A stretch of DNA of 64,000 bases, taken from assembly GCA_964016885.1 (NCBI GenBank), contig OZ024742.1, positions 44,950,001 through 45,014,000 of the forward strand, written 5' to 3'. A program made the translations under genes and the position numbers. Position 1 is the first letter of the stretch. Each line of letters opens with the position of its first letter. The stretch is from Eledone cirrhosa (taxonomy: Eukaryota). Below are positions 15,001-30,000 of this stretch, in pieces. The notes under the pieces are model-generated. The model saw nothing but the letters and a program-made list of their open reading frames with translations. It was not told where the DNA came from and did not search any database.

Positions 15001-18000
15001 ATAGCACCCCTAAGACTCCATCATGTGTTATATGGCCAAAACATGCTGTATGTCACTATAGCAGCCCTATGACTCCATCATGTGTTATATGACCAAAACA
15101 TGCTGTATGTCACTATAGCAGCCCTAAGACTCAATCATGTGTTATATGGCCAAAACATGCTGTATGTCACTATAGCACCCCTAAGACTCAATCATGTGTT
15201 ATATGGCCAAAACATGCTGTATGTCACTATAGCAGCCCTATGACTCAATCATGTGTCATATGCCCAAAACATGCTGTATGTCACTATAGCAGCCCTATGA
15301 CTCCATCATGTGTTATATGACCAAAACATGCTGTATGTCACTATAGCAGCCCTAAGACTCAATCATGTGTTATATGGCCAAAACATGCTGTATGTCACTA
15401 TAGCAGCCCTAAGACTCCATCATGTGTTATATGGCCAAAACATGCTGTATGTCACTATAGCAGCCCTATGACTCAATCATGTGTCATATGCCCAAAACAT
15501 GCTGTATGTCACTATAGCAGCCCTATGACTCAATCATGTGTTATATGGACAAAACATGCTGTATGTCACTATAGCAGCCCTATGACTCCATCAGATGTTA
15601 TATGGCCAAAACATGCTGTATGTCACTATAGCACCCCTAAGACTCCATCATGTGTTATATGGCCAAAACATGCTGTATGTCACTATAGCAGCCCTGTGAC
15701 TAAATTATGTGTTATATGGCCAAAACATGCTGTATGTCACTATAGCACCCCTATGACTCAATCATGTGTTATATGGCCAAAACATGCTGTATGTCACTAT
15801 AGCACCCCTAAGACTCCATCATGTGTTATATGGCCAAAACATGCTGTATGTCACTATAGCACCCCTATGACTCAATCATGTGTTATATGCCCAAAACATG
15901 CTGTATGTCACTATAGCACCCCTAAGACTCCATCATGTGTTATATGACCAAAACATGCTGTATGTCACTATAGCACCCCTAAGACTCCATCATGTGTTAT
16001 ATGACCAAAACATGCTGTATGTCACTATAGCACCCCTAAGACTCAATCATGTGTTATATGGCCAAAACATGCTGTATGTCACTATAGCACCCCTATGACT
16101 CAATCATGTGTTATATGCCCAAAACATGCTGTATGTCACTATAGCACCCCTAAGACTCCATCATGTGTTATATGACCAAAACATGCTGTATGTCACTATA
16201 GCACCCCTAAGACTCAATCATGTGTTATATGGCCAAAACATGCTGTATGTCACTATAGCACCGCTAAGACTCCATCATGTGTTATATGGCCAAAACATGC
16301 TGTATGTCACTATAGCACCCCTAAGACTCCATCATGTGTTATATGGCCAAAACATGCTGTATGTCACTATAGCACCCCTATGACTCAATCATGTGTTATA
16401 TGGCCAAAACATGCTGTATGTCACTATAGCACCCCTAAGACTCCATCATGTGTTATATGACCAAAACATGCTGTATGTCACTATAGCACCCCTAAGACTC
16501 CATCATGTGTTATATGGCCAAAACATGCTGTATGTCACTATAGCAGCCCTATGACTCAATCATGTGTTATATGGCAAAAAAACATGCTGTATGTCACTAT
16601 AGCACCCCTAAGACTCCATCATGTGTTATATGGCCAAAACATGCTGTTTGTCACTATAGCACCCCTATGACTCCATCATGTGTTATATGGCCAAAACATG
16701 CTGTATGTCACTATAGCACCGCTAAGACTCCATCATGTGTTATATGGCCAAAACATGCTGTATGTCACTATAGCACCCCTATGACTCAATCATGTGTTAT
16801 ATGGCCAAAACATGCTGTATGTCACTATAGCACCCCTAAGACTCCATCATGTGTTATATGGCCAAAACATGCTGTATGTCACTATAGCACCCCTAAGACT
16901 CCATCATGTGTTATATGACCAAAACATGCTGTATGTCACTATAGCACCCCTATGACTCCATCATGTGTTATATGGCCAAAACATGCTGTATGTCACTATA
17001 GCACCCCTATGACTCAATCATGTGTTATATGACCAAAACATGCTGTATGTCACTATAGCAGCCCTAAGACTCAATCATGTGTTATATGGCCAAAACATGC
17101 TGTATGTCACTATAGCACCCCTAAGACTCCATCATGTGTTATATGACCAAAACATGCTGTATGTCACTATAGCTCCCCTAAGACTCAATCATGTGTTATA
17201 TGGCCAAAACATGCTGTATGTCACTATAGCACCGCTAAGACTCCATCATGTGTTATATGGCCAAAACATGCTGTATGTCACTATAGCACCCCTATGACTC
17301 AATCATGTGTTATATGGCCAAAACATGCTGTATGTCACTATAGCACCCCTAAGACTCCATCATGTGTTATATGGCCAAAACATGCTGTATGTCACTATAG
17401 CAGCCCTATGACTCCATCATGTGTTATATGACCAAAACATGCTGTATGTCACTATAGCAGCCCTAAGACTCAATCATGTGTTATATGACCAAAACATGCT
17501 GTATGTCACTATAGCACCCCTAAGACTCAATCATGTGTTATATGGCCAAAACATGCTGTATGTCACTATAGCACCGCTAAGACTCCATCATGTGTTATAT
17601 GGCCAAAACATGCTGTATGTCACTATAGCAGCCCTATGACTCCATCATGTGTTATATGGCCAAAACATGCTGTATGTCACTATAGCACCCCTAAGACTCC
17701 ATCATGTGTTATATGGCCAAAACATGCTGTATGTCACTATAGCAGCCCTATGACTCCATCATGTGTTATATGACCAAAACATGCTGTATGTCACTATAGC
17801 AGCCCTAAGACTCCATCATGTGTTATATGACCAAAACATGCTGTATGTCACTATAGCACCCCTAAGACTCAATCATGTGTTATGTGGCCAAAACATGCTG
17901 TATGTCACTATAGCACCGCTAAGACTCCATCATGTGTTATATGGCCAAAACATGCTGTATGTCACTATAGCAGCCCTATGACTCCATCATGTGTTATATG

Positions 18001-21000
18001 GCCAAAACATGCTGTATGTCACTATAGCAACCCTAAGACTCCATCATGTGTTATATGACCAAAACATGCTGTATGTCACTATAGCACCCCTAAGACTCAA
18101 TCATGTGTTATGTGGCCAAAACATGCTGTATGTCACTATAGCACCGCTAAGACTCCATCATGTGTTATATGGCCAAAACATGCTGTATGTCACTATAGCA
18201 CCCCTAAGACTCCATCATGTGTTATATGGCCAAAACATGCTGTATGTCACTATAGCAGCCCTATGACTCCATCATGTGTTATATGACCAAAACATGCTGT
18301 ATGTCACTATAGCAGCCCTAAGACTCAATCATGTGTTATATGGCCAAAACATGCTGTATGTCACTATAGCACCCCTAAGACTCAATCATGTGTTATATGG
18401 CCAAAACATGCTGTATGTCACTATAGCAGCCCTATGACTCAATCATGTGTCATATGCCCAAAACATGCTGTATGTCACTATAGCAGCCCTATGACTCCAT
18501 CATGTGTTATATGGCCAAAACATGCTGTATGTCACTATAGCAGCCCTAAGACTCCATCATGTGTTATATGGCCAAAACATGCTGTATGTCACTATAGCAG
18601 CCCTATGACTCAATCATGTGTCATATGCCCAAAACATGCTGTATGTCACTATAGCAGCCCTATGACTCAATCATGTGTTATATGGACAAAACATGCTGTA
18701 TGTCACTATAGCAGCCCTATGACTCCATCAGATGTTATATGGCCAAAACTTGCTGTATGTCACTATAGCAGCCCTAAGACTCCATCATGTGTTATATGGC
18801 CAAAACATGCTGTATGTCACTATAGCAGCCCTGTGACTAAATTATGTGTTATATGACCAAAACATGCTGTATGTCACTATAGCACCCCTATGACTCCATC
18901 ATGTGTTATATGACCAAAACATGCTGTATGTCACTATAGCACCCCTATGACTCCATCATGTGTTATATGTCCAAAACATGCTGTATGTCACTATAGCACC
19001 CCTATGACTCAGTCATGTGTTATATGTCCAAAACATGCTGTATGTCACTATAGCACCCCTAAGACTCCATCATGTGTTATATGACCAAAACATGCTGTAT
19101 GTCACTATAGCACCCCTAAGACTCCATCATGTGTTATATGTCCAAAACATGCTGTATGTCACTATAGCACCCCTAAGACTCCATCATGTGTTATATGCCC
19201 AAAACATGCTGTATGTCACTATAGCACCCCTAAGACTCCATCATGTGTTATATGCCCAAAACATGCTGTATGTCACTATAGCACCCCTAAGACTCCATCA
19301 TGTGTTATATGTCCAAAACATGCTGTATGTCACTATAGCACCCCTAAGACTCCATCATGTGTTATATGTCCAAAACATGCTGTATGTCACTATAGCACCC
19401 CTAAGACTCCATCATGTGTTATATGGCCAAAACATGCTGTATGTCACTATAGCAGCCCTATGACTCCATCATGTGTTATATGACCAAAACATGCTGTATG
19501 TCACTATAGCAGCCCTAAGACTCAATCATGTGTTATATGGCCAAAACATGCTGTATGTCACTATAGCAGCCCTAAGACTCCATCATGTGTTATATGGCCA
19601 AAACATGCTGTATGTCACTATAGCAGCCCTATGACTCAATCATGTGTCATATGCCCAAAACATGCTGTATGTCACTATAGCAGCCCTATGACTCAATCAT
19701 GTGTTATATGGACAAAACATGCTGTATGTCACTATAGCAGCCCTATGACTCCATCAGATGTTATATGGCCAAAACATGCTGTATGTCACTATAGCACCCC
19801 TAAGACTCCATCATGTGTTATATGGCCAAAACATGCTGTATGTCACTATAGCAGCCCTGTGACTAAATTATGTGTTATATGGCCAAAACATGCTGTATGT
19901 CACTATAGCACCCCTATGACTCAATCATGTGTTATATGGCCAAAACATGCTGTATGTCACTATAGCACCCCTAAGACTCCATCATGTGTTATATGGCCAA
20001 AACATGCTGTATGTCACTATAGCACCCCTATGACTCAATCATGTGTTATATGCCCAAAACATGCTGTATGTCACTATAGCACCCCTAAGACTCCATCATG
20101 TGTTATATGGCCAAAACATGCTGTATGTCACTATAGCACCCCTATGACTCCATCATGTGTTATATGGCCAAAACATGCTGTATGTCACTATAGCACCCCT
20201 ATGACTCAATCATGTGTTATATGACCAAAACATGCTGTATGTCACTATAGCAGCCCTAAGACTCAATCATGTGTTATATGGCCAAAACATGCTGTATGTC
20301 ACTATAGCACCCCTAAGACTCCATCATGTGTTATATGACCAAAACATGCTGTATGTCACTATAGCACCCCTAAGACTCAATCATGTGTTATATGGCCAAA
20401 ACATGCTGTATGTCACTATAGCACCGCTAAGACTCCATCATGTGTTATATGGCCAAAACATGCTGTATGTCACTATAGCCCCCCTATGACTCAATCATGT
20501 GTTATATGGCCAAAACATGCTGTATGTCACTATAGCACCCCTAAGACTCCATCATGTGTTATATGGCCAAAACATGCTGTATGTCACTATAGCAGCCCTA
20601 TGACTCCATCATGTGTTATATGACCAAAACATGCTGTATGTCACTATAGCAGCCCTAAGACTCAATCATGTGTTATATGGCCAAAACATGCTGTATGTCA
20701 CTATAGCACCCCTAAGACTCAATCATGTGTTATATGGCCAAAACATGCTGTATGTCACTATAGCAGCCCTATGACTCAATCATGTGTCATATGCCCAAAA
20801 CATGCTGTATGTCACTATAGCAGCCCTATGACTCCATCATGTGTTATATGACCAAAACATGCTGTATGTCACTATAGCAGCCCTAAGACTCAATCATGTG
20901 TTATATGGCCAAAACATGCTGTATGTCACTATAGCAGCCCTAAGACTCCATCATGTGTTATATGGCCAAAACATGCTGTATGTCACTATAGCAGCCCTAT

Positions 21001-24000
21001 GACTCAATCATGTGTCATATGCCCAAAACATGCTGTATGTCACTATAGCAGCCCTATGACTCAATCATGTGTTATATGGACAAAACATGCTGTATGTCAC
21101 TATAGCAGCCCTATGACTCCATCAGATGTTATATGGCCAAAACATGCTGTATGTCACTATAGCACCCCTAAGACTCCATCATGTGTTATATGGCCAAAAC
21201 ATGCTGTATGTCACTATAGCAGCCCTGTGACTAAATTATGTGTTATATGGCCAAAACATGCTGTATGTCACTATAGCACCCCTATGACTCAATCATGTGT
21301 TATATGGCCAAAACATGCTGTATGTCACTATAGCACCCCTAAGACTCCATCATGTGTTATATGGCCAAAACATGCTGTATGTCACTATAGCACCCCTATG
21401 ACTCAATCATGTGTTATATGCCCAAAACATGCTGTATGTCACTATAGCACCCCTAAGACTCCATCATGTGTTATATGACCAAAACATGCTGTATGTCACT
21501 ATAGCACCCCTAAGACTCCATCATGTGTTATATGACCAAAACATGCTGTATGTCACTATAGCACCCCTAAGACTCAATCATGTGTTATATGGCCAAAACA
21601 TGCTGTATGTCACTATAGCACCCCTATGACTCAATCATGTGTTATATGCCCAAAACATGCTGTATGTCACTATAGCACCCCTAAGACTCCATCATGTGTT
21701 ATATGACCAAAACATGCTGTATGTCACTATAGCACCCCTAAGACTCAATCATGTGTTATATGGCCAAAACATGCTGTATGTCACTATAGCACCGCTAAGA
21801 CTCCATCATGTGTTATATGGCCAAAACATGCTGTATGTCACTATAGCACCCCTAAGACTCCATCATGTGTTATATGGCCAAAACATGCTGTATGTCACTA
21901 TAGCACCCCTATGACTCAATCATGTGTTATATGGCCAAAACATGCTGTATGTCACTATAGCACCCCTAAGACTCCATCATGTGTTATATGACCAAAACAT
22001 GCTGTATGTCACTATAGCACCCCTAAGACTCCATCATGTGTTATATGGCCAAAACATGCTGTATGTCACTATAGCAGCCCTATGACTCAATCATGTGTTA
22101 TATGGCAAAAAAACATGCTGTATGTCACTATAGCACCCCTAAGACTCCATCATGTGTTATATGGCCAAAACATGCTGTTTGTCACTATAGCACCCCTATG
22201 ACTCCATCATGTGTTATATGGCCAAAACATGCTGTATGTCACTATAGCACCGCTAAGACTCCATCATGTGTTATATGGCCAAAACATGCTGTATGTCACT
22301 ATAGCACCCCTATGACTCAATCATGTGTTATATGGCCAAAACATGCTGTATGTCACTATAGCACCCCTAAGACTCCATCATGTGTTATATGGCCAAAACA
22401 TGCTGTATGTCACTATAGCACCCCTAAGACTCCATCATGTGTTATATGACCAAAACATGCTGTATGTCACTATAGCACCCCTATGACTCCATCATGTGTT
22501 ATATGGCCAAAACATGCTGTATGTCACTATAGCACCCCTATGACTCAATCATGTGTTATATGACCAAAACATGCTGTATGTCACTATAGCAGCCCTAAGA
22601 CTCAATCATGTGTTATATGGCCAAAACATGCTGTATGTCACTATAGCACCCCTAAGACTCCATCATGTGTTATATGACCAAAACATGCTGTATGTCACTA
22701 TAGCTCCCCTAAGACTCAATCATGTGTTATATGGCCAAAACATGCTGTATGTCACTATAGCACCGCTAAGACTCCATCATGTGTTATATGGCCAAAACAT
22801 GCTGTATGTCACTATAGCACCCCTATGACTCAATCATGTGTTATATGGCCAAAACATGCTGTATGTCACTATAGCACCCCTAAGACTCCATCATGTGTTA
22901 TATGGCCAAAACATGCTGTATGTCACTATAGCAGCCCTATGACTCCATCATGTGTTATATGACCAAAACATGCTGTATGTCACTATAGCAGCCCTAAGAC
23001 TCAATCATGTGTTATATGACCAAAACATGCTGTATGTCACTATAGCACCCCTAAGACTCAATCATGTGTTATATGGCCAAAACATGCTGTATGTCACTAT
23101 AGCACCGCTAAGACTCCATCATGTGTTATATGGCCAAAACATGCTGTATGTCACTATAGCAGCCCTATGACTCCATCATGTGTTATATGGCCAAAACATG
23201 CTGTATGTCACTATAGCACCCCTAAGACTCCATCATGTGTTATATGGCCAAAACATGCTGTATGTCACTATAGCAGCCCTATGACTCCATCATGTGTTAT
23301 ATGACCAAAACATGCTGTATGTCACTATAGCAGCCCTAAGACTCAATCATGTGTTATATGGCCAAAACATGCTGTATGTCACTATAGCAACCCTAAGACT
23401 CCATCATGTGTTATATGGCCAAAACATGCTGTATGTCACTATAGCAGCCCTATGACTCAATCATGTGTCATATGCCCAAAACATGCTGTATGTCACTATA
23501 GCAGCCCTATGACTCAATCATGTGTTATATGGACAAAACATGCTGTATGTCACTATAGCAGCCCTATGACTCCATCAGATGTTATATGGCCAAAACATGC
23601 TGTATGTCACTATAGCACCCCTAAGACTCCATCATGTGTTATATGGCCAAAACATGCTGTATGTCACTATAGCACCCCTAAGACTCAATCATGTGTTTTG
23701 TGGCCAAAACATGCTGTATGTCACTATAGCACCCCTAAGACTCCATCAGATGTTATATGCCCAAAACATGCTGTATGTCACTATAGCACCCCTAAGACTC
23801 CATCATGTGTTATGTGTCCAAAACATGCTGTATTTCACTATAGCACCCCTATGACTCAATCATGTGTTATATGGCCAAAACATGCTGTATGTCACTATTG
23901 CACCCCTATGACTCAATCATGTGTTATATGGCCAAAACATGCTGTATGTCACTATAGAACCCCTAAGACTCCATCATGTGTTATATGGCCAAAACATGCT

Positions 24001-27000
24001 GTATGTCCCTATAGCACCCCTATGACTCAATCATGTGTTATATGGCCAAAACATGCTGTATGTCACTATAGCACCCCTAAGACTCCATCATGTGTTATGT
24101 GTCCAAAACATGCTGTATGTCACTATAGCACCCCTATGACTCAATCATGCGTTATGTGTCCAAACATGCTGTATGTCACTATAGCACCCCTAAGACTCCA
24201 TCATGTGTTATGTGGCCAAAACATGCTGTATGTCACTATAGCACCCCTATGACTCAATCATGTGTTATATGGCCAAAACATGCTGTATGTCACTATAGCA
24301 CCCCTAAGACTCCATCATGTGTTATATGGCCAAAACATGCTGTATGTCACTATAGCACCCCTATGACTCAATCATGTGTTATATGCCCAAAACATGCTGT
24401 ATGTCACTATAGCCCCCCTAAGACTCCATCATGTGTTATATGCCCAAAACATGATGTATGTCACTATAGCACCCCTAAGACTCCATCATGTGTTATATGA
24501 CCAAAACATGCTGTATGTCACTATAGCACCGCTAAGACTCCATCATGTGTTATATGGCCAAAACATGCTGTATGTCACTATAGCACCCCTAAGACTCCAT
24601 CATGTGTTATATGGCCAAAACATGCTGTATGTCACTATAGCACCCCTATGACTCAATCATGTGTTATATGGCCAAAACATGCTGTATGTCACTATAGCAC
24701 CCCTAAGACTCCATCATGTGTTATATGACCAAAACATGCTGTATGTCACTATAGCACCCCTAAGACTCCATCATGTGTTATATGGCCAAAACATGCTGTA
24801 TGTCACTATAGCAGCCCTATGACTCAATCATGTGTTATATGGCAAAAAAACATGCTGTATGTCACTATAGCACCCCTAAGACTCCATCATGTGTTATATG
24901 GCCAAAACATGCTGTTTGTCACTATAGCACCCCTATGACTCCATCATGTGTTATATGGCCAAAACATGCTGTATGTCACTATAGCACCGCTAAGACTCCA
25001 TCATGTGTTATATGGCCAAAACATGCTGTATGTCACTATAGCACCCCTATGACTCAATCATGTGTTATATGGCCAAAACATGCTGTATGTCACTATAGCA
25101 CCCCTAAGACTCCATCATGTGTTATATGGCCAAAACATGCTGTATGTCACTATAGCACCCCTAAGACTCCATCATGTGTTATATGACCAAAACATGCTGT
25201 ATGTCACTATAGCACCCCTATGACTCCATCATGTGTTATATGGCCAAAACATGCTGTATGTCACTATAGCACCCCTATGACTCAATCATGTGTTATATGA
25301 CCAAAACATGCTGTATGTCACTATAGCAGCCCTAAGACTCAATCATGTGTTATATGGCCAAAACATGCTGTATGTCACTATAGCACCCCTAAGACTCCAT
25401 CATGTGTTATATGACCAAAACATGCTGTATGTCACTATAGCTCCCCTAAGACTCAATCATGTGTTATATGGCCAAAACATGCTGTATGTCACTATAGCAC
25501 CGCTAAGACTCCATCATGTGTTATATGGCCAAAACATGCTGTATGTCACTATAGCACCCCTATGACTCAATCATGTGTTATATGGCCAAAACATGCTGTA
25601 TGTCACTATAGCACCCCTAAGACTCCATCATGTGTTATATGGCCAAAACATGCTGTATGTCACTATAGCAGCCCTATGACTCCATCATGTGTTATATGAC
25701 CAAAACATGCTGTATGTCACTATAGCAGCCCTAAGACTCAATCATGTGTTATATGACCAAAACATGCTGTATGTCACTATAGCACCCCTAAGACTCAATC
25801 ATGTGTTATATGGCCAAAACATGCTGTATGTCACTATAGCACCGCTAAGACTCCATCATGTGTTATATGGCCAAAACATGCTGTATGTCACTATAGCAGC
25901 CCTATGACTCCATCATGTGTTATATGGCCAAAACATGCTGTATGTCACTATAGCACCCCTAAGACTCCATCATGTGTTATATGGCCAAAACATGCTGTAT
26001 GTCACTATAGCAGCCCTATGACTCCATCATGTGTTATATGACCAAAACATGCTGTATGTCACTATAGCAGCCCTAAGACTCAATCATGTGTTATATGGCC
26101 AAAACATGCTGTATGTCACTATAGCAACCCTAAGACTCCATCATGTGTTATATGGCCAAAACATGCTGTATGTCACTATAGCAGCCCTATGACTCAATCA
26201 TGTGTCATATGCCCAAAACATGCTGTATGTCACTATAGCAGCCCTATGACTCAATCATGTGTTATATGGACAAAACATGCTGTATGTCACTATAGCAGCC
26301 CTATGACTCCATCAGATGTTATATGGCCAAAACATGCTGTATGTCACTATAGCACCCCTAAGACTCCATCATGTGTTATATGGCCAAAACATGCTGTATG
26401 TCACTATAGCACCCCTAAGACTCAATCATGTGTTTTGTGGCCAAAACATGCTGTATGTCACTATAGCACCCCTAAGACTCCATCAGATGTTATATGCCCA
26501 AAACATGCTGTATGTCACTATAGCACCCCTAAGACTCCATCATGTGTTATGTGTCCAAAACATGCTGTATTTCACTATAGCACCCCTATGACTCAATCAT
26601 GTGTTATATGGCCAAAACATGCTGTATGTCACTATTGCACCCCTATGACTCAATCATGTGTTATATGGCCAAAACATGCTGTATGTCACTATAGAACCCC
26701 TAAGACTCCATCATGTGTTATATGGCCAAAACATGCTGTATGTCCCTATAGCACCCCTATGACTCAATCATGTGTTATATGGCCAAAACATGCTGTATGT
26801 CACTATAGCACCCCTAAGACTCCATCATGTGTTATGTGTCCAAAACATGCTGTATGTCACTATAGCACCCCTATGACTCAATCATGCGTTATGTGTCCAA
26901 ACATGCTGTATGTCACTATAGCACCCCTAAGACTCCATCATGTGTTATGTGGCCAAAACATGCTGTATGTCACTATAGCACCCCTATGACTCAATCATGT

Positions 27001-30000
27001 GTTATATGGCCAAAACATGCTGTATGTCACTATAGCACCCCTAAGACTCCATCATGTGTTATATGGCCAAAACATGCTGTATGTCACTATAGCACCCCTA
27101 TGACTCAATCATGTGTTATATGCCCAAAACATGCTGTATGTCACTATAGCCCCCCTAAGACTCCATCATGTGTTATATGCCCAAAACATGATGTATGTCA
27201 CTATAGCACCCCTAAGACTCCATCATGTGTTATATGACCAAAACATGCTGTATGTCACTATAGCACCCCTAAGACTCCATCATGTGTTATATGGCCAAAA
27301 CATGCTGTATGTCCCTATAGCACCCCTATGACTCAATCATGTGTTATATGGCTAAAACATGCTGTATGTCACTATAGCAGCCCTATGACTCCATCATGTG
27401 TTATATGGCCAAAACATGCTGTATGTCACTATAACACCCTTAAGACTCCATCATGTGTTATATGGCCAAAACATTCTGTATGTCACTATAGCACCCCTAT
27501 GACTCAATCATGTGTTATATGGCCAAAACATGCTGTATGTCACTATAGCACCCCTAAGACTCCATCATGTGTTATATGGCCAAAACATGCTGTATGTCAC
27601 TATAACACCCCTAAGACTCCATCATGTGTTATATGGCCAAAACATGCTGTATGTCACTATAGCACCCCTATGACTCAATCACGTGTTATATGGCCAAAAC
27701 ATGCTGTATGTCACTATAGCACCCCTAAGACTCCATCATGTGTTATATGGCCAAAACATGCTGTATGTCACTATAGCACCCCTAAGACTCAATCATGTGT
27801 TTTGTGGCCAAAACATGCTGTATGTCACTATAGCACCCCTAAGACTCCATCAGATGTTATATCCCCAAAACATGCTGTATGTCACTATAGCACCCCTAAG
27901 ACTCCATCATGTGTTATGTGTCCAAAACATGCTGTATTTCACTATAGCACCCCTATGACTCAATCATGTGTTATATGGCCAAAACATGCTGTATGTCACT
28001 ATAGCACCCCTATGACTCAATCATGTGTTATATGGCCAAAACATGCTGTATGTCACTATAGCACCCCTAAGACTCCATCATGTGTTATATGGCCAAAACA
28101 TGCTGTATGTCACTATAGCACCCCTAAGACTCCATCATGTGTTATGTGGCCAAAACATGCTGTATGTCACTATAGCACCCCTATGACTCAATCATGTGTT
28201 ATATGGCCAAAACATGCTGTATGTCACTATAGCACCCCTAAGACTCCATCATGTGTTATATGGCCAAAACATGCTGTATGTCCCTATAGCACCCCTATGA
28301 CTCAATCATGTGTTATATGGCCAAAACATGCTGTATGTCACTATAGCACCCCTAAGACTCCATCATGTGTTATATGGCCAAAACATGCTGTATGTCACTA
28401 TAGAACCCCTAAGACTCCATCATGTGTTATATGGCCAAAACATGCTGTATGTCCCTATAGCACCCCTATGACTCAATCATGTGTTATATGGCCAAAACAT
28501 GCTGTATGTCACTATAGCACCCCTAAGACTCCATCATGTGTTATGTGTCCAAAACATGCTGTATGTCACTATAGCACCCCTATGACTCAATCATGCGTTA
28601 TGTGTCCAAACATGCTGTATGTCACTATAGCACCCCTAAGACTCCATCATGTGTTATGTGGCCAAAACATGCTGTATGTCACTATAGCACCCCTATGACT
28701 CAATCATGTGTTATATGGCCAAAACATGCTGTATGTCACTATAGCACCCCTAAGACTCCATCATGTGTTATATGGCCAAAACATGCTGTATGTCACTATA
28801 GCACCCCTATGACTCAATCATGTGTTATATGCCCAAAACATGCTGTATGTCACTATAGCCCCCCTAAGACTCCATCATGTGTTATATGCCCAAAACATGA
28901 TGTATGTCACTATAGCACCCCTAAGACTCCATCATGTGTTATATGACCAAAACATGCTGTATGTCACTATAGCACCCCTAAGACTCCATCATGTGTTATA
29001 TGGCCAAAACATGCTGTATGTCCCTATAGCACCCCTATGACTCAATCATGTGTTATATGGCTAAAACATGCTGTATGTCACTATAGCAGCCCTATGACTC
29101 CATCATGTGTTATATGGCCAAAACATGCTGTATGTCACTATAACACCCTTAAGACTCCATCATGTGTTATATGGCCAAAACATTCTGTATGTCACTATAG
29201 CACCCCTATGACTCAATCATGTGTTATATGGCCAAAACATGCTGTATGTCACTATAGCACCCCTAAGACTCCATCATGTGTTATATGGCCAAAACATGCT
29301 GTATGTCACTATAACACCCCTAAGACTCCATCATGTGTTATATGGCCAAAACATGCTGTATGTCACTATAGCACCCCTATGACTCAATCACGTGTTATAT
29401 GGCCAAAACATGCTGTATGTCACTATAGCACCCCTAAGACTCCATCATGTGTTATATGGCCAAAACATGCTGTATGTCACTATAGCACCCCTAAGACTCA
29501 ATCATGTGTTTTGTGGCCAAAACATGCTGTATGTCACTATAGCACCCCTAAGACTCCATCAGATGTTATATCCCCAAAACATGCTGTATGTCACTATAGC
29601 ACCCCTAAGACTCCATCATGTGTTATGTGTCCAAAACATGCTGTATTTCACTATAGCACCCCTATGACTCAATCATGTGTTATATGGCCAAAACATGCTG
29701 TATGTCACTATAGCACCCCTATGACTCAATCATGTGTTATATGGCCAAAACATGCTGTATGTCACTATAGCACCCCTAAGACTCCATCATGTGTTATATG
29801 GCCAAAACATGCTGTATGTCACTATAGCACCCCTAAGACTCCATCATGTGTTATGTGGCCAAAACATGCTGTATGTCACTATAGCACCCCTATGACTCAA
29901 TCATGTGTTATATGGCCAAAACATGCTGTATGTCACTATAGCACCCCTAAGACTCCATCATGTGTTATATGGCCAAAACATGCTGTATGTCCCTATAGCA

